A DNA stretch of 64,000 bases from Fidelibacterota bacterium. Lineage in GTDB: Bacteria > Fidelibacterota > Marinisomatia > Marinisomatales > UBA1611. A program made the position numbers and the translations under genes. Positions 45,796 through 55,126 of this stretch are shown here, one piece after another. Each line of letters starts with the position of its first letter. Positions within the stretch are counted from its first letter, which is position 1. A model generated the notes under the pieces. The model ran no database searches. It was not told the DNA's origin and was given only the letters and a program-made list of their open reading frames with translations. The DNA lies in contig JABIHN010000018.1 of the NCBI GenBank assembly GCA_018649625.1, forward strand, positions 4,106 to 68,105, read 5' to 3'.

Positions 45796-48717
45796 ATGAT
45801 CACAAGTTTAACAAAGTATAAATGCATTGTTTCAAGCCTAAGTTTTTTAACTATTTTAATGACAATACCTGAAATTACTGTTGCACAGAGCAATGGAAAG
45901 ATTTCAGGTAATATATCCGATGCGGAATCGGGCGATTATTTGCCTGGTGCAAATGTATTTTTAGATGGTACTAATTATGGTGCATCGTCAGATAGAGCTG
46001 GGAATTACACAATTTTAGGAGTTTCTGAAGGGAGCTATACCTTAAAAGTTTCATATGTAGGTTACAGTGATTATTTAAATTCAGTCACTGTTGGATCTGA
46101 TCCTGTTATTGAAGATGCAAAGCTTTCGGTTAGTTATGTCGCCTTAGGCGCTGTTAACGTAAGTGGGTTGGCGCAGGGGCAATCCAAGGCGCTCAACCAA
46201 CAAAAGTCTTCTGGAAGCATAAAAAACATTGTGTCATCCGAAATGATTGAACGATTTCCAGACCAGAATGTTGCTGATGCCTTAAAACGTTTACCGGGTG
46301 TTGCTCTTGAAACCGATCATGGGGAAGGTCGTTATGTTCAGATTCGTGGAATTGAAGCTCAACTAAATTCAACCACATTAAATGGAGTGAAAATTCCAAG
46401 TCCAGAAAACAGTGAACGTAAAGTGTCACTAGATGTTATTCCATCATTTTTACTGGGCGCTATTGAATTATCAAAAGCTATTACACCAGATATGGACGCA
46501 GATGCTATTGGTGGTTCAGTTAATTTGATAACCAAAAATGCTTTTGATTATGACGGTAGGGTTATGAGTTTAAAAGTATCGGGTGGTCAAAGTACAATGC
46601 GAGGAAAAAATGCTGGTCTAGCGGCATTTAATTTTGCTGATCAATTTATGGATAATAAGCTAGGTCTCATTATTTCTAGCAGCTATGAAAATAGAGATAT
46701 GCATACAGATAATATTGAGTTAGAATGGGATGATAAATATGAATATGTAACTGACGTAGTAGATGATCCAGATGATGAAACATTTGTTGTTGAAGAAAAA
46801 GATGGTACGGTCTTAACGGATGTTCAATTAAGAAATTACAGCCTTTCTAGAGAACGCATCGGTTTAACTGCTAATCTAGATTATAAAATCAATGCCAATT
46901 CTAAGATTTACTTACGAAGTATAAGGAATAAATACACCGATTGGGAAGCAAGAGATCGCTTGAGATTTCGATTAGACAAATCTGTTGATGAAGAAGAACC
47001 GGGGTCTGGGTATGATCCTTCTGATGGTTTAGCTGTAACATTAGGTCGGTTAGAACGAGACTTAAAAACAAGAAATTCAGTATCGCTTATTAATAGTTAT
47101 ACATTAGGCGGTGAACATCAAATTGGAAAGGTTGGGATTGATTATAGTTATACAATATCTCATGCAGAAGAATTCAGATCTCCATCTACAAATGTTACTT
47201 ATGAAGCAAAAGATGTAAATATGGATTATGAATTCAGCGATGAACATTATCCTAAATTATCAAATTTTACTGATGATGATGGAGAAATATTCGATATTAA
47301 TGATCCTTCAAACTTTGAACTTGACGAGATTGAACTATTGGGTTCATATATACCTAATGCAAAAGATCCGAACGGTAATATTACGACTGATGATGATCAA
47401 ATTTTGGCTTTAAATCTTTCAATGGATGTATCTGTTGGTCCTTTAGCAGGGAAAATAAAAGCAGGTATTAAAATGTCCAATAAACAAAAAATGGAAGATA
47501 GAACTGGGAATGAAATCTGGGGTTGGGATGGTGATGATGATCTAACAATGTCTGATTTAACCCAGGGTGTGGATGGTGAGAATTTCATGGACGGGAATTA
47601 CACTCATACTTTAGGTATTGATGTAGATAAAGTCCGTGACCACATGGCTACTAACATTGATGATTATGAAATATTTCCAGCTTATGAAGATGTCTTTTTC
47701 AAGACATGGGATGCGAATGAAAGTTTAACTGCTTTCTATGGAATGGCAGATATGCGAATGGGTAAAATGAATATTATTGCAGGTGCACGAGTAGAGAATA
47801 CGTCCATTGAATATAATAGTTGGAATGGTGATATTGCAGAAATCGAAGATGCTGAAGGTACCTATGAAGAATCATTGGAATTAGTGACAAAAGTAAATAG
47901 CAAATCAGATAATAGTCTAACACTTCCAATGGTCCATTTGCGATATAATGTAAATGAAAAGTTACTTGTCAGATTGGCTTATACAGAGTCTTTAGCTAGA
48001 CCTAACTATGGAAGTTTAGTCCCCTTTGTTATTGCTGATGATGATGAAGCAGAAATTGGAAATCCTGATCTAAAACCAGCTCATGCAAAAAATATAGATA
48101 TGATGCTAGAATATTATGCTGGACCTCTTGGAGTTTTGAGCTTTGGATATTTTTCGAAAGATATCGCCAATTATTTTTATGAAGGTGTCTTCGAAGATTA
48201 TACGGTTCTTGGCAAAGAGTATGCAGAAGTTGTCATGCCTGCAAATGGTGAGGGAGCTACCTTAAGTGGTTGGGAAATCAATTTACAGCAACAACTAACA
48301 TTTCTGCCTGGTATTTTGAGTGGTTTTGGCATTTATGCAAATTTTACATCGACCACATCAGATGCTAATTATGGATCAAACAGAGAGAATACAACGCTTC
48401 CCGGTCAAGCAGGTAGCACTGGGAATTTGAGTCTTTCTTATGAAACGAAGAAATTATCAACAAGGCTTTCCTATGCGATTTCGGATAAATACATTGTTAT
48501 AGTTGGTGGCGGAGTAGATGAAGATGTTTATTATGAACCATCCAATCGCGTTGACGTTTCATTAAGTTATAACCCTATGAAAAATTTAACCTTATTGGCT
48601 GATTTAATGAATTTGAATAATGCGCCATTAGGTTACTATCAAGGTTCTGAGTCAACTCCTATACAAAGAGAACTTTACGGCCCTTCATTCCGGATGGGTT
48701 TCCAGTATGATTTTTAA
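45796..48717 (+). CDS. TonB-dependent outer-membrane receptor with N-terminal CarboxypepD_reg-like domain
   Basis: ATG 45796 is preceded by GGAGA; the track starts at TTG 45766. Signal peptide, then GKISGNISDAESGDYLPGANVFLDGTNYGASSDRAGNYTI, a plug domain (FPDQNVADALKRLPGV), and a barrel ending FRMGFQYDF. Confidence 0.9.
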   Translation: MITSLTKYKCIVSSLSFLTILMTIPEITVAQSNGKISGNISDAESGDYLPGANVFLDGTNYGASSDRAGNYTILGVSEGSYTLKVSYVGYSDYLNSVTVGSDPVIEDAKLSVSYVALGAVNVSGLAQGQSKALNQQKSSGSIKNIVSSEMIERFPDQNVADALKRLPGVALETDHGEGRYVQIRGIEAQLNSTTLNGVKIPSPENSERKVSLDVIPSFLLGAIELSKAITPDMDADAIGGSVNLITKNAFDYDGRVMSLKVSGGQSTMRGKNAGLAAFNFADQFMDNKLGLIISSSYENRDMHTDNIELEWDDKYEYVTDVVDDPDDETFVVEEKDGTVLTDVQLRNYSLSRERIGLTANLDYKINANSKIYLRSIRNKYTDWEARDRLRFRLDKSVDEEEPGSGYDPSDGLAVTLGRLERDLKTRNSVSLINSYTLGGEHQIGKVGIDYSYTISHAEEFRSPSTNVTYEAKDVNMDYEFSDEHYPKLSNFTDDDGEIFDINDPSNFELDEIELLGSYIPNAKDPNGNITTDDDQILALNLSMDVSVGPLAGKIKAGIKMSNKQKMEDRTGNEIWGWDGDDDLTMSDLTQGVDGENFMDGNYTHTLGIDVDKVRDHMATNIDDYEIFPAYEDVFFKTWDANESLTAFYGMADMRMGKMNIIAGARVENTSIEYNSWNGDIAEIEDAEGTYEESLELVTKVNSKSDNSLTLPMVHLRYNVNEKLLVRLAYTESLARPNYGSLVPFVIADDDEAEIGNPDLKPAHAKNIDMMLEYYAGPLGVLSFGYFSKDIANYFYEGVFEDYTVLGKEYAEVVMPANGEGATLSGWEINLQQQLTFLPGILSGFGIYANFTSTTSDANYGSNRENTTLPGQAGSTGNLSLSYETKKLSTRLSYAISDKYIVIVGGGVDEDVYYEPSNRVDVSLSYNPMKNLTLLADLMNLNNAPLGYYQGSESTPIQRELYGPSFRMGFQYDF

Positions 48718-48743
48718 TGGTGCATAATAAATTATGATCCACC

Positions 48744-48781
48744 AGGGGTTCCTTTAATAACTCCTTGATTTAGGAGCCCCT
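48744..48781 (+). terminator. Hairpin after the TonB receptor gene (possible attenuating terminator)
   Basis: AGGGGTTCCT-(18 nt)-AGGAGCCCCT, a 10-bp stem with one G-U pair. The downstream U-tract is weak (TGTAAAATTTTG). Confidence 0.4.
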
Positions 48782-48840
48782 TGTAAAATTTTGTAAGATT
48801 AATAAAAATATTTCAACATGCAAATATTTAAGGGTAAAGA

Positions 48841-49917
48841 ATGTATAAAATTATATCAAGTTTTCTGTTTCTATTTTTTATTTCATGCACAAATATGGAT
48901 AGTAATATTCAGATTAATAAAGTCTATGCTTCGATTGAAACAGAACCCGTTGAGTCATCTGGAGATACTGCTGATGATCCATGCATTTGGGTGCATCCAA
49001 AAGATCCTTCTTTGTCCTTGGTCATTGGAACTGACAAAGATGAAAATTATGCTGGTTTAAGAGTTTACGATTTAACTGGAAAAGAAATATTTAAGACTGA
49101 AAATGGAAAAATGAATAATGTGGATATTCGGTATGGCTTTGTACTGGGAAGTGAAAAAATAGATATTGTTACAGCGGGAGAAAGAACATCCAATACATTA
49201 GCCATATTTAAAGTTGATATAGAAAATAGATCGCTTGTAAATATCGCAGCAAGAGAAATTAAATTGGGAATTTCAGTTTATGGATCATGTATGTATAAAA
49301 ATGTAAATACAAATGATATATATGCTGTTGTGAATGATAAAAAAGGGAATGTAGAACAATATTTATTAAATGATAATGGTCAAGGCCTAGTAGATGCTAC
49401 ACTTGTGCGCACCCTTAAATTACCTAGCCAATTAGAAGGATGTGTTGCGGATGATATTTTGGGTCATTTGTATATAGGCGAAGAAGAAAAGGGAATATGG
49501 AAATTTGGGGCAAATCCCAGTGATGGCAATCAAGGTTTATTAATAGACGAAATGGGATCTCATCTTACAGCTGATGTAGAAGGGTTAACAATTTATTATT
49601 CAGGGGACTCCACAGGTTATTTAATAGCATCCAGCCAAGGTAACAATTCGTATGCCATATACAAACGTGAAGGTGATAATTCGTATATTGGACAATTTGC
49701 AATTGCCGACGGTAAAGTTATTGATGGTGTATCCGATACTGATGGAATTGATGTTTGCAATTTGAACTTAAACGACCAATTCCAAAATGGGTTCTTCATT
49801 GTGCAAGATGGAGTGAATGATATTGGGAACCAAAGTTTTAAAATTGTTCCCTGGGAAAGTATTGCTAATAGTTTCAATCCATCGTTGAAAATGAATAATA
49901 CATGGGATCACCGTTAA
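48841..49917 (+). CDS. Beta-propeller phytase (3-phytase, PhyC-like) lipoprotein
   Basis: Lipobox FFISC. Colinear by eye with Bacillus PhyC blocks: ETEPV.S.GD.ADDP.IW, NNVDIRYGF, LEGCVADD..G.LYIGEE..GIWKF, DVEGLTIYY...GYLIASSQGN.SYAIY, SDTDGIDV and FKIVPWE.IA. Confidence 0.9.
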   Translation: MYKIISSFLFLFFISCTNMDSNIQINKVYASIETEPVESSGDTADDPCIWVHPKDPSLSLVIGTDKDENYAGLRVYDLTGKEIFKTENGKMNNVDIRYGFVLGSEKIDIVTAGERTSNTLAIFKVDIENRSLVNIAAREIKLGISVYGSCMYKNVNTNDIYAVVNDKKGNVEQYLLNDNGQGLVDATLVRTLKLPSQLEGCVADDILGHLYIGEEEKGIWKFGANPSDGNQGLLIDEMGSHLTADVEGLTIYYSGDSTGYLIASSQGNNSYAIYKREGDNSYIGQFAIADGKVIDGVSDTDGIDVCNLNLNDQFQNGFFIVQDGVNDIGNQSFKIVPWESIANSFNPSLKMNNTWDHR

Positions 49918-49936
49918 TTGTAATTCATTTTTATCA

Positions 49937-51292
49937 ATGAAAATAATTATCAATTATATATTAAAGTTTTTTAAGGCTGGCGGACAGAAGCCTCCCATAA
50001 AAGATAAGAATGAAATTGACAATCTTTTCTCGAAGCATAGAAAAGAAGTTCTTATCGCGATTATTTTTTCATATGGGTTTGCATATACGTGTCGCTTAGC
50101 TCTGTCTGTTGTAAAAAAACCGCTTATTGATAATGAAATCTTCTCGATTACCGAATTAGGGCTTGTTGGCTCATCATTTTTTTATGGATACGCATTTGGC
50201 AAGTTCTTTAATGGCTTTCTAGCTGACCATGTAAATGTTAAAAAGTTCTTATCTTTTGGTCTTATAATATCAGGTATTATCAATATAATTATGGGTTCTG
50301 TTCCAAGTCTGTTTTTTTGGGTGGCGCTATGGGGATTAAATGGCTGGTTCCAAGGGTTTGGAGCACCATCTTGTGCTATATCATTAACTAATTGGTTTAG
50401 CGCGAGTGAAAGAGGGCGTTATTACGGTCTATGGAGTTCATCTCATAGTATCGGTGAGGGATTAACCTTTATTGGTACCGCTACTTTAGTAAGCTTCTTT
50501 TCCTGGAAGGCCGGATTTATTGGTCCTGGGATTACTCTAATTATTGTGGCATTTATCGCTTACTATTTTCTACAAGATCATCCAAAAACGTTAGGTTTAC
50601 CCTCAATTTCAAATTGGCGTAACGAGCCGGTTAATAAAAGTTATACGAACAGTTTTTCAGATATTATAAAAAGCCAGTTTCAAATAATAAAAATCCGTTC
50701 TATATGGATTATTGGTTTATCGAGTGCTACCATGTATATCACAAGATATGCCATTAATAGTTGGGGGATATTATATCTACAAGAGGCGAAGGGTTTTACC
50801 CTTATTGAAGCTGGTAGTTTAATTGGGCTAAATACATTTGCAGGTATTATAGGATGTATCGCGTATGGATTTATATCAGATAAATATTTTGAAGCACGTC
50901 GACCACCGGTTACCTTCCTCTTTGGATTGTTAGAAATAGGCTCCTTATTGCTTATATTTTTCGGATCACCTTCAACGCTTACACTCTCAATCGGTTTTAT
51001 TATATATGGGTTCACATTAAGTGGTTTATTGGCAGTGTTAGGTGGGTTATTTGCGGTAGATATTGCACCCAAAAATGCAACAGGGGCAGCAATGGGATTC
51101 ATAGGAATATTTAGTTATTTAGGTGCAGCTTTTCAGGAAAACATAAGTAGTCATCTTATCGAAAATTCTATCACAGTAATAGGTGGAGAAACAATTTACA
51201 ACTTTGATGATGCAATTGCATTTTGGGTGTCAGCATCAGTAGTTTCTTTATTATTAGCCTTGTCTCTTTGGAAGATTCAAGCAAAAGATTAA
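49937..51292 (+). CDS. MFS transporter, organophosphate:Pi antiporter (GlpT/UhpC-like) family
   Basis: 451 aa, 12 TM. The N-terminal half (SYGFAYTCRLALSVVKKPLI..., GSSFFYGYAFGKFFNGFLADHVN.KKF) fits the OPA family. Confidence 0.8.
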   Translation: MKIIINYILKFFKAGGQKPPIKDKNEIDNLFSKHRKEVLIAIIFSYGFAYTCRLALSVVKKPLIDNEIFSITELGLVGSSFFYGYAFGKFFNGFLADHVNVKKFLSFGLIISGIINIIMGSVPSLFFWVALWGLNGWFQGFGAPSCAISLTNWFSASERGRYYGLWSSSHSIGEGLTFIGTATLVSFFSWKAGFIGPGITLIIVAFIAYYFLQDHPKTLGLPSISNWRNEPVNKSYTNSFSDIIKSQFQIIKIRSIWIIGLSSATMYITRYAINSWGILYLQEAKGFTLIEAGSLIGLNTFAGIIGCIAYGFISDKYFEARRPPVTFLFGLLEIGSLLLIFFGSPSTLTLSIGFIIYGFTLSGLLAVLGGLFAVDIAPKNATGAAMGFIGIFSYLGAAFQENISSHLIENSITVIGGETIYNFDDAIAFWVSASVVSLLLALSLWKIQAKD

Positions 51293-51353
51293 TATTTTAG
51301 AATAATACTTATTATAGAAATATCACTTTCACACTTAAAAGAAAAAAACAAAT

Positions 51354-52568
51354 ATGAAGAATATACCCTTATTTTTATTACTCACTTTCTCATTGTTAAT
51401 AAGTTGTAGCAAAGATTTAGAATCAACAACAGATGAGTTCTCATTCATTTTAGCGGCAGATTGGAGAGATAAGGCCACAGAAAAATATAATTCAAATGAA
51501 TATTTTCTAGGTGCACTGAATGCGATTGAAAAAGTAGGAAAAGGGTCCTTTATGATAAGCCCAGGCGATTTAGAGCCTGCATCATCGTCTGCAAATTTAA
51601 TTGCTAAAATATTAGGTAAAGACTATCCATGGTACCCTATTGTAGGGAATCATGAATTAGAAGATCCACAGACAATGGTATTCTTAAGAGAATTAAATAA
51701 AAATGGTAATTCGTTACCAAATATTGTAAAAATAGGTCCAGCTGGATGCGAAGAAACAACCTATTCTTTTGATTATGGAGATTTTCATTTTGTGGTTTTA
51801 AATGAATATTTTGATGGAAAATCTGATACGGGAACGGATGGAAATGTAGTTGATGTGTTGTTATCATGGTTAGAAGATGATTTATCAGAAACAACAAAGA
51901 AACATATTATAGTTGCTGGGCATGAACCTATCATTTCTATTCCAGATCTTAATAATGGCAGGCAACGTCATGTTGGGGATGCGCTAGATCAATATCCAAA
52001 ACAATCGTTCAAATTTCACCAATTGATGATGAAATATGATGTTTTGGCCTATCTACATGGACACACTCACAGTACATCTTACACAAAGATTAATGGATTA
52101 TGGCAAATTGACTGCGGCCATGCTCGTGGTGTAGAAATTTTGTACCCTGGGTTAGCATATGAAACAATAAAATCAGCCGTTATAGAAAATAAAGATAACA
52201 CTAAATCGATTGAAGATATTATTTCTACTATCTATACTCCAGATACTTATCGTCATAAGAAATTATTATACTATATGAACCTTACAAATATGATTAGTTA
52301 TAAAAAAATAAATAATTCTCAAGGCTTTGAAATATTAAAGAAGTTTTATAAAAAAGCTGACTCATTAATTGATAAAGAAAGAGAAGAATATTTTAGTACA
52401 TTTTGGGACAACATTAATCCCACTAGAAGTACATTCATGAAATTCAGGGTATCCAAAGAAAAAGTATTGATTGATATTTATCGTAATGATGCAAAAGGCG
52501 GAGATTATAGTTTAACAAAGACAGTTTCACTGAATTTGTTAAAAAACGTACCAGTTCCATCATTTTAA
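51354..52568 (+). CDS. Calcineurin-like metallophosphoesterase lipoprotein
   Basis: Lipobox LLISC. Metallophosphoesterase motifs SPGDLEP, VGNHELE, VAGHEP and LHGHTHS. The C-terminal ~130 aa are unassigned. Confidence 0.75.
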   Translation: MKNIPLFLLLTFSLLISCSKDLESTTDEFSFILAADWRDKATEKYNSNEYFLGALNAIEKVGKGSFMISPGDLEPASSSANLIAKILGKDYPWYPIVGNHELEDPQTMVFLRELNKNGNSLPNIVKIGPAGCEETTYSFDYGDFHFVVLNEYFDGKSDTGTDGNVVDVLLSWLEDDLSETTKKHIIVAGHEPIISIPDLNNGRQRHVGDALDQYPKQSFKFHQLMMKYDVLAYLHGHTHSTSYTKINGLWQIDCGHARGVEILYPGLAYETIKSAVIENKDNTKSIEDIISTIYTPDTYRHKKLLYYMNLTNMISYKKINNSQGFEILKKFYKKADSLIDKEREEYFSTFWDNINPTRSTFMKFRVSKEKVLIDIYRNDAKGGDYSLTKTVSLNLLKNVPVPSF

Positions 52569-52656
52569 AATGTTTGTCAAAGAGCAAAATGGATATATAT
52601 TTATAACATTATAAAAGAACTGAGTCATTATTTACAACAAAACAACAAGATGAAAT

Positions 52657-54297
52657 ATGTTTAACGGAATCGATTTTTCACTCATTTCATTTATTGTAGC
52701 CACCGGTGCAGTGGCTTTATTCACTTATCGTATTGTCCGAAAGATGGAAAAGTCAGATAATGTATCAGAAGAATATTTTACGGGCGGCCGGTCATTAAGT
52801 TGGCCTATTGTTGCAGGATCTTTATTATTAACTAATTTATCTACAGAACAGCTTGTTGGATTAAATGGTGACGTATTTGGCGATAAAGCATTGGTTGGTG
52901 TCGCATGGGAAGCATTAGCGGCTTTTGCCATGATTGCCACTGCACTAATATTTCTGCCAAAATATTTAGCGAGCGGATTTACAACGACACCTGCTTTTTT
53001 AGAAAAAAGGTTTGATAAAACAACCCGTTCTATGGTGTCAGGGTTATTTTTATTTGGCTATGTAACCGTCTTACTACCAGTTGTTCTTTATACCGGTTCA
53101 TTGGCTTTGATTGGCATGTTTAATTTAAATATTTCCTTATGGGTCGTGGTTGCCGTTATTGGATTATTGGGAAGCTCCTATGCCATTTTTGGAGGTCTAA
53201 AATCGGTTGCGGTCAGTGATACAATAAATGGCGTTGGGTTGCTTATTGGTGGTCTGGCCATTCCTGCGTTAGCATTAATGAAACTGGGAGACGGTTCGTT
53301 CTTTTCTGGGGTTTCAACTTTATTAAACACTCACCCGGAATATTTGGCAGTATTAACCCAAACGAATATTGATAATAAAGTTGTCTCTGTTCCTTGGCCA
53401 ACTCTTTTGACTGGAATGATGTTTATTCAGGTATTTTATTGGTCAACCAATCAAGTCATAGTGCAACGTGCCATGGCAGCTAAAAGCCTTGCTGAAGGCC
53501 AAAAGGGAGTGTTATTTGCATCAGGAATGAAACTGGTAGGTCCAATCATGCTTTGTCTTCCGGGGATAATAGCACTTCATATGACAGATGTATTGACTTT
53601 TTCTAAGCAGGATCAAGTTTATGGCGCTGTTGTCCGCCAAGTATTGCCAGAATGGTCTGTTGGCTTATTTGCAGCTGTTTTGATGGGGTCAATTCTTAGC
53701 TCTTTTAATAGTGCCTTAAATAGCGCTTCTACATTATTCTCATTACAATTTTATAAAGGGTATATTAACCAAAATGCTTCAAATGAACAAATTGTAGAAA
53801 CAGGGAAAAAGTTTGGAATGGGGCTTGCAGTGGCATCTATTTTAATTGCCCCAATGCTGGCACAAATGGAATCCATTTTTACTTACCTTCAAAAAGTGAA
53901 TGGGTTGTATAGTGTTCCTATCATAGGAATTTTCATTTTAGGAATTGGGACAAAACATGTTCCAGCCATCGCAGCCAAAATTGGTATGATTGTGGGCATG
54001 GTTTTTTATGCATTTTTCACATTTGTAAATATTAAAGATGTGCCAACCTTTTTTGCAAATGGAGATGGTGATCTTCATTGGCTCCATGGCTATTTTATCA
54101 GTTTTATAGCATCGATTGCTGTGATGCTAATAATTGGGCAATTAAAGCCGAAAACTACCAATGAAATTGCAATTAGTGACACCCGCGTTCCTGCTCCAGT
54201 GGATATGACGCCTTGGGTTCATGCAAAAAATACATCTTTAGCCATTATGGTAATCACAGTAAGTATTTATTTGGCACTTACAATTGCAGCAAATTAG
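52657..54297 (+). CDS. Sodium:solute symporter (SSS family, SGLT / Na+-myo-inositol cotransporter-like)
   Basis: 546 aa, about 14 TM. N-terminal YFTGGRSLSWPIVAGSLLLTNLSTEQLVGLNG and FYWSTNQVIVQRAMAAKS are SGLT-type blocks. Confidence 0.85.
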   Translation: MFNGIDFSLISFIVATGAVALFTYRIVRKMEKSDNVSEEYFTGGRSLSWPIVAGSLLLTNLSTEQLVGLNGDVFGDKALVGVAWEALAAFAMIATALIFLPKYLASGFTTTPAFLEKRFDKTTRSMVSGLFLFGYVTVLLPVVLYTGSLALIGMFNLNISLWVVVAVIGLLGSSYAIFGGLKSVAVSDTINGVGLLIGGLAIPALALMKLGDGSFFSGVSTLLNTHPEYLAVLTQTNIDNKVVSVPWPTLLTGMMFIQVFYWSTNQVIVQRAMAAKSLAEGQKGVLFASGMKLVGPIMLCLPGIIALHMTDVLTFSKQDQVYGAVVRQVLPEWSVGLFAAVLMGSILSSFNSALNSASTLFSLQFYKGYINQNASNEQIVETGKKFGMGLAVASILIAPMLAQMESIFTYLQKVNGLYSVPIIGIFILGIGTKHVPAIAAKIGMIVGMVFYAFFTFVNIKDVPTFFANGDGDLHWLHGYFISFIASIAVMLIIGQLKPKTTNEIAISDTRVPAPVDMTPWVHAKNTSLAIMVITVSIYLALTIAAN

Positions 54298-54403
54298 AAT
54301 TATCTTATAAAGAACCACAACTATTACAATCTTCAATTATTTATAGAAAACTGTTATTTACATATTAGATATGTTAAGTGGTTCGTGTTATCGACCCAAG
54401 TTG

Positions 54404-54477
54404 TACCCCGAACAGGACTCGAACCTGTGACCCTCTGCTTAGAAGGCAGATGCTCTATCCAGCTGAGCTACCGGGGC
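54404..54477 (-). tRNA. tRNA-Arg (anticodon UCU)
   Basis: The reverse complement is GCCCCGG-TA-GCTC-AGCTGGATA-GAGC-A-TCTGC-CTTCTAA-GCAGA-GGGTC-ACAGG-TTCGAGT-CCTGT-TCGGGGT-A. It folds into a full cloverleaf with a GTTCGAGTC T-arm and TCT in the anticodon loop. CCA is not encoded. Confidence 0.9.
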
Positions 54478-54619
54478 ATAAATTTGTTTTCAATCTTTTC
54501 AATAATTGAATAGGTAAATTGATATTTAAAAATAAAATATTATTGAAGTTTGAACGGTGGAAGTTACAAAGTGAAGAAAAAGTATCATTGTAAAAAATGA
54601 GTAAATATAGGTGTAATTT

Positions 54620-54641
54620 TCTCGTCGAGAGCTCGTCGAGA
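54620..54641. promoter_or_regulatory. Tandem GC-rich mini-palindromes (TCTCGtCGAGA / gCTCGtCGAGA, 11-bp period) just upstream of a -35 box
   Basis: CTCGTCGAGA occurs at 54621-54630 and at 54632-54641. The 22-mer is also self-complementary at 18 of 22 positions. It is a GC-rich island in an AT-rich spacer between the divergent tRNA and small-protein genes. Confidence 0.35.
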
Positions 54642-54647
54642 AAAATC

Positions 54648-54677
54648 TTGACACTTACCCCTTAGATGTTGTACACT
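54648..54677 (+). promoter_or_regulatory. Sigma-70-like promoter of the small repeat-protein gene
   Basis: TTGACA (54648-54653), an 18-nt spacer, then TACACT (54672-54677). A GGAGG Shine-Dalgarno (54744-54748) lies 5 nt before ATG 54754. Confidence 0.45.
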
Positions 54678-54753
54678 TGCCGTTGAGAGGAGTAGGGAAT
54701 TATTCTCTATCCACTACCAAAAAAGCAAACCACAATTAAAATTGGAGGTCAAA

Positions 54754-54981
54754 ATGGCTGAAGTTGTAAAGGAAACTGGAGTTACCAAAGAAAAGGGATT
54801 CTTATATTATTTAGATAAGAATGGTAATGTATCACGATCAAAAATGGCTCGCGCCGGAAAGGGTGGCGGAAGTCCTGAAGAAGTTGCAAAAGCGGGTGTT
54901 ACACGTGAATCAGGCTTTTTATATTTCATTGATAAAAATGGACATGTAGCTCGCGCACCTATGGCAAGAGGACGTAAATAA
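54754..54981 (+). CDS. Small basic protein made of two ~30-aa tandem repeats (unknown family)
   Basis: 75 aa from ATG 54754; the track's TTG 54742 start includes the SD. The repeats are GVTKEKGFLYYLDKNGNVSRSKMARAG and GVTRESGFLYFIDKNGHVARAPMARGR. It has its own promoter-like, SD and terminator signals. Confidence 0.75.
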   Translation: MAEVVKETGVTKEKGFLYYLDKNGNVSRSKMARAGKGGGSPEEVAKAGVTRESGFLYFIDKNGHVARAPMARGRK

Positions 54982-55002
54982 GCTATTTTATCAGTTTGGA
55001 TT

Positions 55003-55036
55003 AAAAAAGGCTCTCAATAATAGAGGGCCTTTTTTT
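55003..55036 (+). terminator. Rho-independent terminator of the small repeat-protein gene
   Basis: AAAAAA-GGCTCTC-aataata-GAGGGCC-TTTTTTT, with one G-U pair. Confidence 0.75.
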
Positions 55037-55126
55037 ATTAAAAACATTGTATTAAGTTTATTAAATTACGGCGGTTGGTTGTACCAATAATCCGAGGTTA
55101 CACTCCTCCCTAATAAGAGAAAAAAT

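Noticed and set aside
54298-54620. The tRNA-Arg flanks as an integration site of a mobile element or island.
   Set aside because: No integrase, no direct repeat of the tRNA 3' end and no phage- or plasmid-like genes lie on either side.
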